A DNA stretch of 64,000 nucleotides from Tubulanus polymorphus (taxonomy: Eukaryota; Animalia; Nemertea), in assembly GCF_964204645.1 (NCBI RefSeq), contig NC_134026.1, forward strand, positions 29,112,150-29,176,149, read 5' to 3'. The position numbers were made by a program, and so were the translations under genes. Below, piece after piece: positions 28,330 to 42,000 of the stretch; positions within the stretch are counted from its first letter, which is position 1, and each line of letters begins with the position of its first letter. The notes below the pieces were generated by a model. It had not been told where the DNA came from. It did no database searches and worked only from the letters and a program-made list of their open reading frames with translations.

Positions 28330-28671
28330 TGTTCAACTTGTAGAATGTTAATTACAGTCGCTCCTATGCTGGACTGAGTCTGAGTAATTACTGTACAGTT
28401 GTAGTACAGAAACTGATGGACTGTCGCTTATTGGTTTATTGATAAACTGTCGTACATGTGTACATGTACACTAGCCGGTGTGTTTATATATTTATCCGCT
28501 AGGTGTCACTAGCGCTTGGACTATACTCGCATGCCACATAAAAGAGAAGGCCACTGACATTTTCAATCCCCGTGTCCCACGGCCCGATCCTACTGAAACG
28601 TGAAGTTGAATTGTTGTTTTGATATAGGCCCTAGTTAAACGGACCCAGATTACCTGCACAAAGCTGTATTG

Positions 28672-31600
28672 ATGGATGACCTGGGTAAGTGTTGTTTATT
28701 TAAAGGATTCACCTACCTACAAAAAATTGAAGTCAAATTCAAAATCAATCAATGCACCAAAAAGATTTCATGTCCAGTTGTCAGTCAATTCTTTTACTTA
28801 TTGTTTTTGGGGTTTGTGAGTAATGGTTCATGATGATAACAAAATCAGTCCATTCTCCTCTCTCTCCCTCCTCTATATAAATGATGTATAGCTCATTCAC
28901 AAGGCAGGAAATTCCTGGCCCACTTCAAAATGAAATCCGAGATCCTGTCTGTGCTTCATATTGACCTATAAATCTTCTATTACTAATACTCGGGCCACCG
29001 GTAAAATGATGCATCTTCTGACATCAGCCAGATCATTACTTACTGACGGGTGTGTTAGTGGTGGGTGCTAGGATTCGCTAAAAATTGACGTATAAAACAT
29101 ACTAGAACCATCCCTTATAGCTCTGTGATTAGTCAGTTATATTTAGATCTATCTGTTACGTGTGTATGTTATACGTACCACCTTGCTATGGACTACATCT
29201 GTTAGTTGGTAAGTTGAGAAAATTACATTTCGAGTTTTTTCGCCTGTTTGTGTGGTGGTGGTGTTCTGTATTTTGTTAGTGTTTAACGGAACACTACCAT
29301 CATTAATATGCCGGACCAAGGAAATCAGGTTTATTTAGGTATAGTATGTAGATTAGTGGTATTATTATATACAGTCCTAATATTGCTAGGTCTTGTGTAC
29401 TCAGTGCTGGGTCTTAGTCGTGGTTTAATATGTGTCCATTGTAGGAAAGTCCCACAGAATGATAGCCTATGTGATAGAATTTTGGAGATTGACTAAAACA
29501 AAACCGCAATGTTTCTGCTGTTGACTAACAGCCACCAACAGCCATTGTGGGTTTTTTTTCAACCAAATCTTCAAAATTCTATCACACTGAATTCTATCGT
29601 GGGACTTTTTCACGGGTCTATTTTCTGTTCCTTTTGAGGTTTGTCAAAAACCCACCAAACTGTGGTGTAGTTAAATGATCAGGACCGATCCATTGATTAT
29701 AACGGATATCGTGATCTACTACTGATTCATCATTGATTAATGTGATCTATGATCTATTGTAGACTTCTAAAACTTCCATTTCTTTAATGATAGGCTCTCG
29801 TTATTCAGGAAACAAACTCAGGATTTTGAAAATGTTTTATTCACTTGTTGATTATAATAGACTGTGCACATTCAGTGATATCATGTTGTAATTATGCTGG
29901 TTAATTATTAGAACTAATTATTGAACCCCAATTCTTGTGAGTGCTGTGTGTCTGTCAACATCATTATACATCCCCATAGTTATATGAAATAGTACAGGAT
30001 GTGCACTGAATTTTTCTGGGAAAAAAATAAATGTGTCCGGATATAAAATTCAGTGTCAATAAACTGTATAGGCCCTATAAAAACAATGATTTATTTCAGA
30101 ACGTTTTGTGTTCATGGTCAATCCTTGAAATCTTTGATCGGTTTTATCAGGGAAGTGTGATGAGATCTCATCACACTTCCCTGGTTTTATGCAGGTTCCT
30201 ATAGGTTGGGATTCACTGGTGTTGATTCATTCTAAATCCCTGACTAGAGATAATACATATATATTTAGACTGAGTGGTTTACTGCTTAATGAAAGTTAAT
30301 ATGTTTATTCTATAAATACCTCCATATTGAACGGCTTTATAAAATAAAGGTAGGCAACATTCCTCAGCTGAAGCAGCAGTATAATACTGAATACAAGTGC
30401 ATGGTGAATACACTCGATAAAAATCCATCAATAAATATCACTCAATTGCATCATAGTCTGACAATTTCAAGTATTTAATCAGTAAATCGATTGTTTTTAT
30501 TGATCGGTTTAACTGTATCAGAGGAATAGGTCTACGGTTAAAACAATTAGTGGGTTCTTCAATTAGCGGCTCGTATAAAAAAACGTATATCAACATATGC
30601 CACGTTGATGTCTCTGAACTGCCAACATTAATTGAACACGAGTGGCAAGCTTTCAGTCCTTTTTTACTCCAATTCTTTCAGAAACAATAATAGGAATTCA
30701 CATTGAGTTTTCTCTACTCAAAGTCCCAGTATTCGTAATTAAAAAGAAATTGAAAATGAACCTATGTTCATTTAAAGCTCAGTACTGGATCCATGGTATT
30801 TGCAGATAACCTTCTATAATCGTTTTTCCACGCGTTATTTGTTGATTTTGTGAGGAAATTCTGATTTATTCGCCTCTGATTAATTATTTAATGCACTCGT
30901 ATCAGAAGCATCGGCGCAATAAATGCATCTCTATTTTATCGTAGCGCTCTTCATACTACTGTCATTATACACCGTACATGAATCATATGTTTTACAGATG
31001 CATTGCTGGCTGATTTGCAGTCCACTACTGAACAGTATCAGCATCAGCAATTATACAGCCAAGTAAATGTCCCCCAACAGCAAACGTCGATAGAAGGATT
31101 ACATCAAACCTTCACTGAAAGTCTTAGTTATCATCAGAATTGTCAGGTAATTGTCATGCTTGTGATATAAAGAAAACTATTCATTTTGTATAATACTGAA
31201 ATTGACTGTAGGGTGTCCGGGAATGACACATATTTCTAACCATGGTGTGACTAAACAACCATGGTGTGACTAAACAGAAATGTTAGAATATAGAGTCACA
31301 CTGACCCTTCTTACTTCAAACTAGGATATTTGTTCAACTTGACTGATCTTTAGAATCTTGGTGTCAATTCATCTATGAAGATGGTATTTTTCAATAAACC
31401 TAACCAGGACTAATCATTTTCCTCAGTGGCTAGAAATGGTTAGCTTATTGCATTTTTTTCCTGGACACCCTGTGTTTATTGTCTATAAATTGTAAAGAAT
31501 TGGAATTGATATTTTGACTGAATTTTATTTTAGCCGCTGTATGAACCAACAAATACGCGTACAGCCACTACAAATATAGTGGTAACAGTCAAAAATCAAC

Positions 31601-34600
31601 CTCCCCCTCAATTTAAACCTGATCCTCAGCCGATATACGCCAACCAGCCTTCGGACACCGGCCAACAGAAACCTAACAATATGTCATCCTTGAACAAGAA
31701 CCTGTCGCAGTTAGACAGTCTACTGGAGGATTTAAATTCAGCTCAATTCATGGCTGAAGTTGATAGAAGAAGTGGAGGTAAGAAATTGAAACTAATTCTC
31801 TAAAAAACAAGTCATAAACGTATAGAGAAATAATCATGTTTGTTTGTATTAGTTCATCGCATGTAAAACAAAGTGAATATGTGATATATTTTGATAATAT
31901 ATAAATGGCATAAACAACCGTAGATATTTTTCACTGACATGTTTTGTCTGGAGCACCGGTATATATTTGGGGTAATGGCTATATCAATATCAATGTTGCG
32001 AATGAATTTTGATAAAACTGCAAGATAAACGTGATCATTTTGATAATCAGGCAGTGATGAAAAAGATGAGAAAGTTTTTCAAAACGTGTTCAACTTCGAC
32101 CAATCTAAAATGTAGTATAGTGGAGAAAACCTGCTTCTGAAGATTTAACTTTGAGGCTTGTAAATATTATTTCTAAGTAGACATGTAAGATGCAGCGCTA
32201 ATGTTTATTTTCAAGGGTACTCAAGCATAAAACCAAACAGCCCTGGTAGTCGACAACCTCCTCCTGTTGCAACAAAGCCACCAATGAACTCTTCTGTAGA
32301 TAACTTACTAGCTGAACTACAAGACTCCGTTCCTTATGCGAACAGGTATATTACACTCTCTAATGTTTTAACTCAAGTCTTTCATTAAATAAACAGTTGA
32401 AATGCTTTTGAAATTAGGCTAACTTGAGTTGAAAAAAATTACATCGAAAAGACTTGGAAGATATTATTATAACATGACTGAAAGGTTGTTGTATTATTTT
32501 AGTGGGTCACAAACTCAGCCACATCAAACTCAAAACGTCATTACAAATCAACGCACGTATAAAGTAAGCAAAGAACCGATGGCATCCAGTGCAACTCGGG
32601 ATCTCGATGACCTGATGGCTTCCTTATCAGAATTTAAGGTAACATTAAATGAGAACCCTTTAATGCTTATTGCGTAGGACGCCGATGACAAGTGCGAATA
32701 TACTAGATCCATGTGTATTTCAGATGAATACTTCCAATGTGTCTGGTACAGAATCACAAGTAACAGTAACTGCTACGCTGAATACAGCTTCGTCAACTCC
32801 CGCGTCATCGGAGTTCATCGGTTCACCCGCCCCGGAACACAATTATTCATCGGCGACAGCTACGCAACGGACATCTTCACCGGTTTCATCGTCGTCGACT
32901 GGGCAGCCCGCGCGTAGCTCCCCGACTCCTCCACCGACACCACCGTTCCCGAGGCAGTTCATTAACGGAACGGAATCAGTCGTCGACCAACAACAACAAC
33001 AACAACAGAGTAAAAATGTTGAACCACCGTACGCGAAACCGAATAAACTGATCGGTCGAGAGCAATCAACAGAGCAACAACAATATCACAACGATCAACA
33101 ACAACAACAGCACCATACTGAACAACAGTATCATCACAATCAACAGCACACTGAAATACAACAGATGCAACAAACTTCACATTCGTGTCCGTTGGATACA
33201 ATGCTCGGTAATCTACAAACGGACATGAATAAACAAGGCGTTTCCACAGTTCCGAAAGGTCATTGTGCCGCATGTAATAAACCGATAGTAGGACAAGTAA
33301 GTAATATCAGTCGCTTCGATATGATTCTTAATCATCCTGTATCTATCTTTTATCTGTATGCGCATCCGTTTTAGGTAATCACGGCTTTAGGGAAGATTTG
33401 GCATCCGGAGCATTTCACGTGTTATCAGTGTCAAAATGAATTGGGAACTCGTAACTTCTTTGAGCGAGATGGTCTTCCGTTCTGTGAGACCGATTACCAC
33501 ACTCTGTTTTCACCGAAATGCGCTTATTGTAATAGGCCTATTCTTGATGTAAGTATAGGAACCTTTTTCTTTCTATAAGATAAAAAATCCCATCATACCA
33601 GTAAGTCGGTGGCACCAGTCGTTCTAAAAACTAAGGCTACTGACAATACTGCTGCATTGAATAGTAATCAGTATTCTGTATTTATCATACATAGGGAATA
33701 CAGGTTAGTAATGTAGCAAAATTTCATTAATTCGTTTAGTCTTTATCAATACGGTATATACATATATATATACCGGTATATATATATATGTACTAATGGA
33801 TTACAGGTGGATTCATTAGAATCTGAATGATTTATTGTTGTTTTTTGTCCACCAAATTGTTAAATCGAATCAGAATCTTATAAGTAAAGATGTGTGGATG
33901 ATCATAGAATGAACAGAGGGCCTAGTTGTCCCTGTGTATTGTAGGATGTGAGATGTTGTGCAATCTTTCCCTGATGAATGAATCCTACTACTTCCACTGT
34001 GTATCCTGATTTATTATACTTAAATGTAGTCTTTAGATTATCTTAATCATAATCAGATTTCGTTTCCTTAGATATTCATATTTTATGTAGATTAGTTGCA
34101 TGCATTCGTGTATTGATCTTTCAGAAATGTGTATCTGCATTGGACGCTACGTGGCACCCGGAACACTTTGTCTGCGCTCAGTGCGGACGACCTTTTGAAG
34201 ATGGTGACTTCCATGAAAAGAACGGCAAACCGTATTGCAGGTAAATTTTGCCAAGCTTTTGAAATACGGGAATAATCAATCATTGTGTTTTACCAGTTGG
34301 AATTGTTGTGATTTTATTTGTTATACATAAATTTCAGGGATGATTACTTTGAAATGTTTGCTCCAAAATGTGGTGGATGTATTCAACCAATAATGGACAA
34401 TTATATATCCGCATTGAATAAACAATGGCATCCGGAATGTTTCATTTGTCAGGTAAATTTAACGCAAACTCTTATGGAAAATAGGGTTTGTTCAGTCCAT
34501 ATTCAGAATTTTTATACAATACTGTTTTCATTTGTAGGATTGTCATATGCCGTTCAGTGGAGGAAGCTTCTTCGAATACGAAGGTCTTCCATTCTGTGAG

Positions 34601-34804
34601 ACTCACTACCACGCTAAGAAAGGATCGCTATGCGCTGGATGTAACAAACCAATAACGGGACGTTGTATCACGGCGATGTATCGGAAATTCCACCCAGAAC
34701 ATTTCGTTTGCGCATTCTGCTTGCGTCAGTTGAATAAAGGCACGTTTAAAGAACAGAATGATAAACCGTATTGTCATGCTTGTTTCGTAAAATTGTTTGG
34801 TTAA
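28672..34804 (+). CDS. PXN: Paxillin (5 LD motifs, 4 LIM domains), about 10 exons
   Basis: [14 protein letters not shown] (LD1 across the 28684/30998 splice), [46 protein letters not shown]; LIM domains [14 protein letters not shown] ... [13 protein letters not shown]-stop. Confidence 0.93.
30148..30183. repeat. Perfect 36-bp palindrome flanked by 7-bp direct repeats (GTTTTAT)
   Basis: CAGGGAAGTGTGATGAGA|TCTCATCACACTTCCCTG; gttttat at 30141-30147 and 30184-30190. Confidence 0.9.
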
Positions 34805-35077
34805 ATTGTTCACAAAGAAATTCTGTATTTTCTGGTTATGATGAATAATTATCGATATCTGAAACAAATTTTCTACCATTTGAAAAATATGATTTAAGTA
34901 TAATAACTGAAAAGTGTCGTATTATTCTAGCTTATTCAGGAATATCTGTCATACTCATTATTGTTTCCTATAAACTTTCTGTTTATAGTAACTTAGAATT
35001 AACTTCAGAAACGAATATTTTCTGCTGCTTATACATATTATGATGTTCTTTGTACGAAGTCTAATATCGTTACTGAT

Positions 35078-35216
35078 GTTCTGCTGGAGTCAGTGCCACG
35101 TTCTGCTGGAGTCAGTTCCATGTTCTGCTGGAGTCAGTTCCGCGTTCTGCTGGAGTCAGTTCCGCGTTCTGCTGGAGTCAGTTCCGCGTTCTGCTGGAGT
35201 CAGTTCCATGGTTCTG
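35078..35216 (+). repeat. 22-bp minisatellite, about 6 copies, in the paxillin 3' UTR region
   Basis: Unit gttctgctggagtcagttccgc with variants. Confidence 0.9.
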
Positions 35217-35408
35217 GGTTAATTTGGAAGAGCTATTTCAACCCTAGGGTCAAATATTGACTCTCAACCGTGGAAACGGTTGTGCTGTTTTATCTTATTG
35301 AGTTCTGTTTGTAAGTGTATAGGTAATTTAGGTAGTATTATCAAATTGACGCTGCAAGATGCTGCTGATGTGTAGAACATTCTTTACCCTGTACAGGGTA
35401 CGGTTTGC

Positions 35409-35412
<4 letters not shown>

Positions 35413-35452
<40 letters not shown>
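35413..35452. repeat. (TA)n microsatellite
   Basis: About 20 TA units. Confidence 0.95.
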
Positions 35453-35455
<3 letters not shown>

Positions 35456-38400
35456 ATGTGTAGAGTTGAAAATTATAAAAGTGCTTTTCCAGATAATAAG
35501 AAATGATGAACATTTTACAAATTACTTGTGGATTATTTTATTGACAGTAGCTGATGTGGTCTAGTATGACTAATGATTGTTATTTGTTATTCAAATGTTT
35601 TGTCAAAGTAAAACCAGAAAGTGATCAAATTGATTATAGTCTTATACATACAATGTACATAGTAAAGTGTAACTCTGATAATATTCTTTGCTCACAATTG
35701 TATAGCAGGGATAGCAATGATTTGATAGATTTTTTCGTGCTGATAACTTTCTTAAATGAGGACAATTACTTTGATAATGAAGGAATTAGGACTAATATGT
35801 AAACGTCATGTAAACTGTATTTAAGCTCCCTTGTTTATTATCTATATCTGTGATTGATTCCATAAGTTCGCATGTGTCCAGTGTGAAGATACAGTCCAAG
35901 AAATTGATCACTTTGTGATTCAGCTTTAATCTATCGTTTATACCTACAAATATCATTTCGACAAAGCCATTTATTCAGTACCTGCTCATATTCTTTTACT
36001 ATCTATAGTTATATGATTACTTAAAGTGCGTTATTGGGGGTTATGATTATGTAAAAGGTTTGGGAAGTCAGTTTTATACTGTCGGATATGTTGAATTATG
36101 TCAATTTCGGTGCTATAATAAAAGAAATCTTCATTTTCATTGAAAAATTGTTCTTATGAATCATTTCTATTTCACCGCATTGTTTCGAGAGGATCAAGTC
36201 ATTATCAAAATCACGGTTACAATCATTAATCATTATTTATATAAAGAATGAATTATTTATTACATTTTTCGAATGATCATTCATCCAAGTGAAAACGTTG
36301 ACAGAACTACCATTTTTCCTTTCGTGATATATTTTTTGCAGGAAAATAATTAATACCCGTCGCCCTCTCTTCCAAGTAAAATACAAATACCCAGTACCCC
36401 GATACAAATTTACAATTAAATTTAAATTTAAAACTAATTCTTTATAGAAAATTTGTCATTTGTGTAATCTCGGAATCTGGCCCGCAAATCGGTAAAAAGT
36501 TTGGCGTTCAAAGACTTTGGCAAGCGAGTATAATGTTAGTTCACATTTTCTCCGCTTTCGTTATACCTAGGGGCAGCACTAGAGAGTTAGTTTTAATATT
36601 TCAGCTATTCTTACTGAGGCGGGCGTTTCAAATGCCAATTCCGCCAACGCTTATACTTAATTAAAATCTATCGAAATAAATTATTCTTGAAATAAAGACT
36701 TTGAAACCAATTTTGAAAGTAATTATTCCAATTTATTTTATCCGATTTTTGTATTCACAACAGTAAAATTAGGGTCAGTCTAGTGTCCATGATCGGAGTT
36801 ACAAATTTGAGCGTGTCACTACTGAGCTGTGTCACTACTTTTTTCGCACTAAATTAAAAGTGTTGAAAAGTGCTTAGAAAAGTGCTCACTTTGCTTAAGC
36901 TTACTACCACAAACCAACCATGTACTAAATACGTATAAGCTTCATTAAAGTTCTTCCAGGCCCCTTGGATAGGGACATTGGAATCGGAGATTAAGTTTCA
37001 CGGTTTCAGAAATGACGTTTATTTATATTTTTCTATTTCAAACATGATTCAGAGGGGACTATGATGAGTTTTATTAATTAGGGATTTCAGAAGAGCAGCG
37101 ATGAGTCATGAAGTCAGATATTGGATGTTTTGGATCAATACCGAATAAATCTTCGACAAAATGTTGGTTTCTTCATATTAATTCTTGGATCCCTACGCGG
37201 CGTTCCTCTATTTCTACGTATTTTCTACAATGGTCATTAAGGCAACAGGTGAAACGGTCTTTTAGATATAGTTACTTATCCACGGATGAGGAAAGGAATT
37301 ATTTATAGGAATGTCTAATAATAAACGGTAATGTAGTGCGATGCAAGTGCTGCTTTCCTCCACCTCTAGTGTTGATACGGTACAGTGTGGTGCAAAACGT
37401 TCTGCCACACCTCTCCTCATCTCTCTATCCTGGGTAGTAAACCAGAGTTAACAAGCAGGATTCTGACGAAAAGGACACCAAGGAAACAGATGTAATGACA
37501 TTCCAGTAGAACTGCTCGACAATGCCCTTCCTCTCTTGAGAACATAACGTAATGTCAGTCAACGAGTCGCTTTACAGAAACAAGAATTTATTGAGGTTGC
37601 ACACACTCACATTAAATCATAGAAATGATGAGAGGGCGACAGACATGACTGCTCAATGAGTTGAGCCAAAATACATACATACTTTAGGTTGAGCATATCT
37701 ATCATGTACTATGTCCCTTTCTCACTGACAAATCTAACACAATTCTTTGTAAACTAAACACACTGATATTGGGATACACATTATGTATGGTAACTACGTA
37801 AAATGCAAGATTTTTTTTAATTCTCCAAGTTTTAATCGCTTATTTCAAAAACAATGATCTTTCACCAAACTGACTTTTTGATAACAGTATTTTGCTGCCA
37901 TTGTTGAGGGGAAATGGATTAGAAATTCACTCACACTGTCGTAAATAAATTAAAAGACTGCATCAAAAACAGATTTACGCGATAATAAATAACAAACAAA
38001 CGACATCATTAAAACAACAGATGTTTTACAGTGGTGGGTTAATCAATAACAGTTGAAGCAAGAAAAAAACCCGAGTGGGAGAAAGCAATATTATAGCAGA
38101 GAGATCTATTTAAAAATGATGACAGTTTCAGCTGAAACTCTCGATTCCTAGAATGTATCAGGATACATACAGAAATATTAAGAATATTAGTGTATGTTTT
38201 ATGTATTTAACGAGCATCTGATGTGCATGGTAGAAATATACATGAATATATACAAATTACACACTGTTCAGACAGGAAAACTGAAATACTAGAAAGAAAT
38301 CAGATCTTTGAAGAAAAAAACATGCATGACTAGAAATCTAAATGTTTTCTTTTTGTCGATTATTTACTGATATCTCTTATTGACTGATATGATTCTACAT

Positions 38401-39094
38401 GTGATACAAGCTGACTTCAAGGTACGATTTGATCCAAAATACAATACCCTATTGTTGACAAAAATGCCATTCATTAGTTCCGAGACTTCCAGCTCTTCAC
38501 ATCATGACTGAATTGATTACAAAACAAGATCTTGACATAAATCAATACACAATATACGACATATATGACCAGTTTTACAAATACAATACATTACACAAAA
38601 ATCCGTATAAAAAACACTTTCAGATTTAGATTAGCAATCAGAGAATTTGTAAGAAACTCTCAAATTGTAATGAAATCTGACTTAGACTTGGTAAAATTGA
38701 GCCAATGATTGAGAGAAGATTCTTCTCATGGGATTCATTTACCAAGTCTCTTCTAATTCTCTCTACAGTAGAGATATGTTCAGTTTCGGATGAAATGTAC
38801 GCGAATAAGAGCACACATAACTCAAAACTGATCTCATAGATTATTAGATCCACTTCAATGAGGACTCTGCAGCTCACTGTGACAAACCTGGATCCACCAG
38901 ATGGCAATAGCGTGTTCTAGGATAGCAAATGACTAACAACTTTATCCAGAATCTTCCCAAATTCTATTAATGATTTAGAGAAATGTGATTTGCCTAATTT
39001 TTTTATGTGGGACGATTTGATACGAGAAATTATCCTATTGTTAAACACGCCATCTGGTGAAATACTCGGTGCAGCACAGGGTCGTCCTCATTCG

Positions 39095-42000
39095 TTAATC
39101 ATTTTTCTTTTCTTCCTTCCTCTTCACGTCATTCTTCGTGGTCGCGTTTTGTTCGGGTTCCGGTTTGTTGCGTTGTACCGCTCGTTTCAGCGCGTCCCAC
39201 ATTCCGCCCATGAATATCGCGCAGAACAGATTTTCGAACGGCACGAACGGGTCGTGGATGCCGAGCAGTAACGACGATAATCGGAAATAGATGAGGAACA
39301 TCGCGATTCCGAAGTAAATCAACACGTGCGGAGCCGTCAGAAACTTCTCTCGTTCGCAGATGAACACAATCGAACTCAACAGACTCGCTTTCGTCACACT
39401 GAAAAATTAAATCAAACACCGATTGAAATTCATTCCTTTCAAATTGCTACCGATCATTTCAGTTTTCTAACAAATTTGCTTAAATCGGATTTTGGATTTA
39501 AGTTTGATTATGAATATTCTTTAATAGCAATTTTTCAACAAAATTATTTACCCGGTATAGGTTAACTGATTGTATAGAAGAGTATAATATAGCGTACTAG
39601 CGGTATGTCAGATTTGGAATGCTGTAAACAGCAGTTTCACAGCTCTTAGAGATACATGCCTACCTCCGGTACATCATTATACGCGTTACATTAAAATCAG
39701 AAGTGCAGTTTTATTAATGCAGGAGAAATAAAAGTAGTATTTGTCTAGACTAGCTAACATTGGTAACAACGGATTGCTGCACTTGAGATTATCATTCAAG
39801 CACTACTCTATGCACTACAAAATTACTAGGAATGAACAACTAAAACATGAAGTTGAAATTAGTATGTGCGCACACCTAAAAGCTTATCGGACAAAAATAA
39901 CAGCAAAGCGATTGAAAATGAAACATCAACATGACACTCAACAAGAGGCTTTCGATCATTCGGGTGATTTTAGACCCGGGTAAAGAAAAACTAACAGTTC
40001 TAACAAATAAATTCAACAGAACACACCGCTAAACATGAAACTGAAATGAAAAGTTTGTTCGATACAAACATGCGGTGGTTTTCAATTACTTACAAAGATG
40101 GTTGTAAGAACTCATTCGAGCTAGGAATCCACAAACCTCGAATGATACGTTCTACAATTCTCATTTCAGTATATCCAGAGCCTAAAACAACCGAATTATT
40201 ACAAATCTCATTACAATTTAAACTACTTACTTTCATAAACCCTACTGTCACCTTGTCACACCACTCTCTCTGTTGTTATGATAGCCAATTTTTATATTTA
40301 TAAAACATGCATAGTTCAATAGCAGTTGTATGTTCACAATGCATACAACTCTATTCACTAGGAAATCCAGAACGGGCATGTTTTACTAATGGGTTTTTCA
40401 ATGTAGATTTGTTATTGTTTACTAGGAATTCATAAACGGGCAAGTTTTGGCTTTGCGGTCATTTAATGTTGTTTGCCTTTGTTACTAGTTCAGTTTATGT
40501 CTCGGATTAATAAGAAATATTTTGGAGTTAGTTTTCAAGACAATAGAAAAATCCTAAGGGATTAGTCAAGTGTCAACGTCTACGTGTTTGGAAACCGAGA
40601 CAACTCCGGGCTTGTTTCTTAACCAGGTTGCTAAGAACATTAATTCTTGGGGGCCTGGTGGGCGAATCAGGTCCCGAGGTTAGTCGTCGGCCCTCCCCAA
40701 ATGCGGTGGCGTTGGTCACGAGAATAGTCCCTTGGAAACCAAATTTTGGATAGTATAAAAATAAGAGACATAGCTGAACTAGTCGGAGAGCACCTGGGAA
40801 ACCAAGAGGGGAAGGAACTAGAACCCGAAATTGTAAAAGGTGTCGATAAATAGGAAAGACGAAAGTAACATAATAAATAGTTGTGAGTATTTATATTCGA
40901 AGTATTTGCATCTTAGTCGTTTATTCATTTTTGGTCTCGGGTCAAATTCAATTTGTGTCGTTGTGCGGAGCTGAGGAAGGATACGCTCTCCCACGATATT
41001 TCGGTTCCTTCTTCGGGCCGCATAACAGATTTGGTGCCGAAACCCGGGACCTTTAGTTATTTTTTTATTCAGTCAGATAGTTAGATAAGATTATTTACTT
41101 AAAGTTTACAGAAGGGTTAATTGTTTATTAGAGAATGAGTATTTTGATTAATTAGTGATTATGGTATAGCGATTTATTATTTTAATTGATGATTTAATTA
41201 GGAATTGAATTCTAATTACTACTGGTTTGATATAAATTATTTTTTAGTTTATTTTTTATTGATATGGGTAGCTATATGCACCGCAATAGAAAGTTTTTAA
41301 AAATACATTTAGTTACCTATTGTGGTGATATTTTGATATATGTCACCGAGGTTGTCGCTCGGTACTGAGTATTTTATTAATTAAAGGTTTAGGTAGTACG
41401 AAGAGTTGAACAGTCAAGATAATGTTCCGATGCTGATGGAAAATTCCAGTATTTTGGAATAATTAAATAGTTAACGATAGATTCCAATGTTGATGTGATA
41501 TTCCAATATTGATGGTGATATTCCAGTATTGACGGGAAATTCCGATACTGAGGAGAAGGGATATGGTTTAAATGAAATCCAATATCGATGATTTTGTTTC
41601 CGATATTGAGGGTATAGTGTTGATAACTGATATCAGTACTGAGTTATAGATTAAGATATAGTATTTTCGGTAGTAAAGCTACGCGAAATAATTTACGATA
41701 GTGTAGATATCGATCCCATATTGGGGATAATAGGTTTATAGAAAGGTTTATAAGAATCTGTGTCGAAACTGTAATTGCATAGATTTTGAATTGCAGCCAC
41801 TATTAGCGTTGCGGTCATTTTTAGGAACGCTCTGTTTTAATATTCTGTTTTACTCTGTTTTTTTATACTTTCTTTTCTCCGAGTTAATTAATAGTTCAAT
41901 ATGCCGCCACCGAGTACTAGGAGTCAGACGGCTCATGAGGATATTGACGACCCGCAGAGCCCGACAGCGGGGGCTGGTTCGTCGACGGGGACGAGCATGT

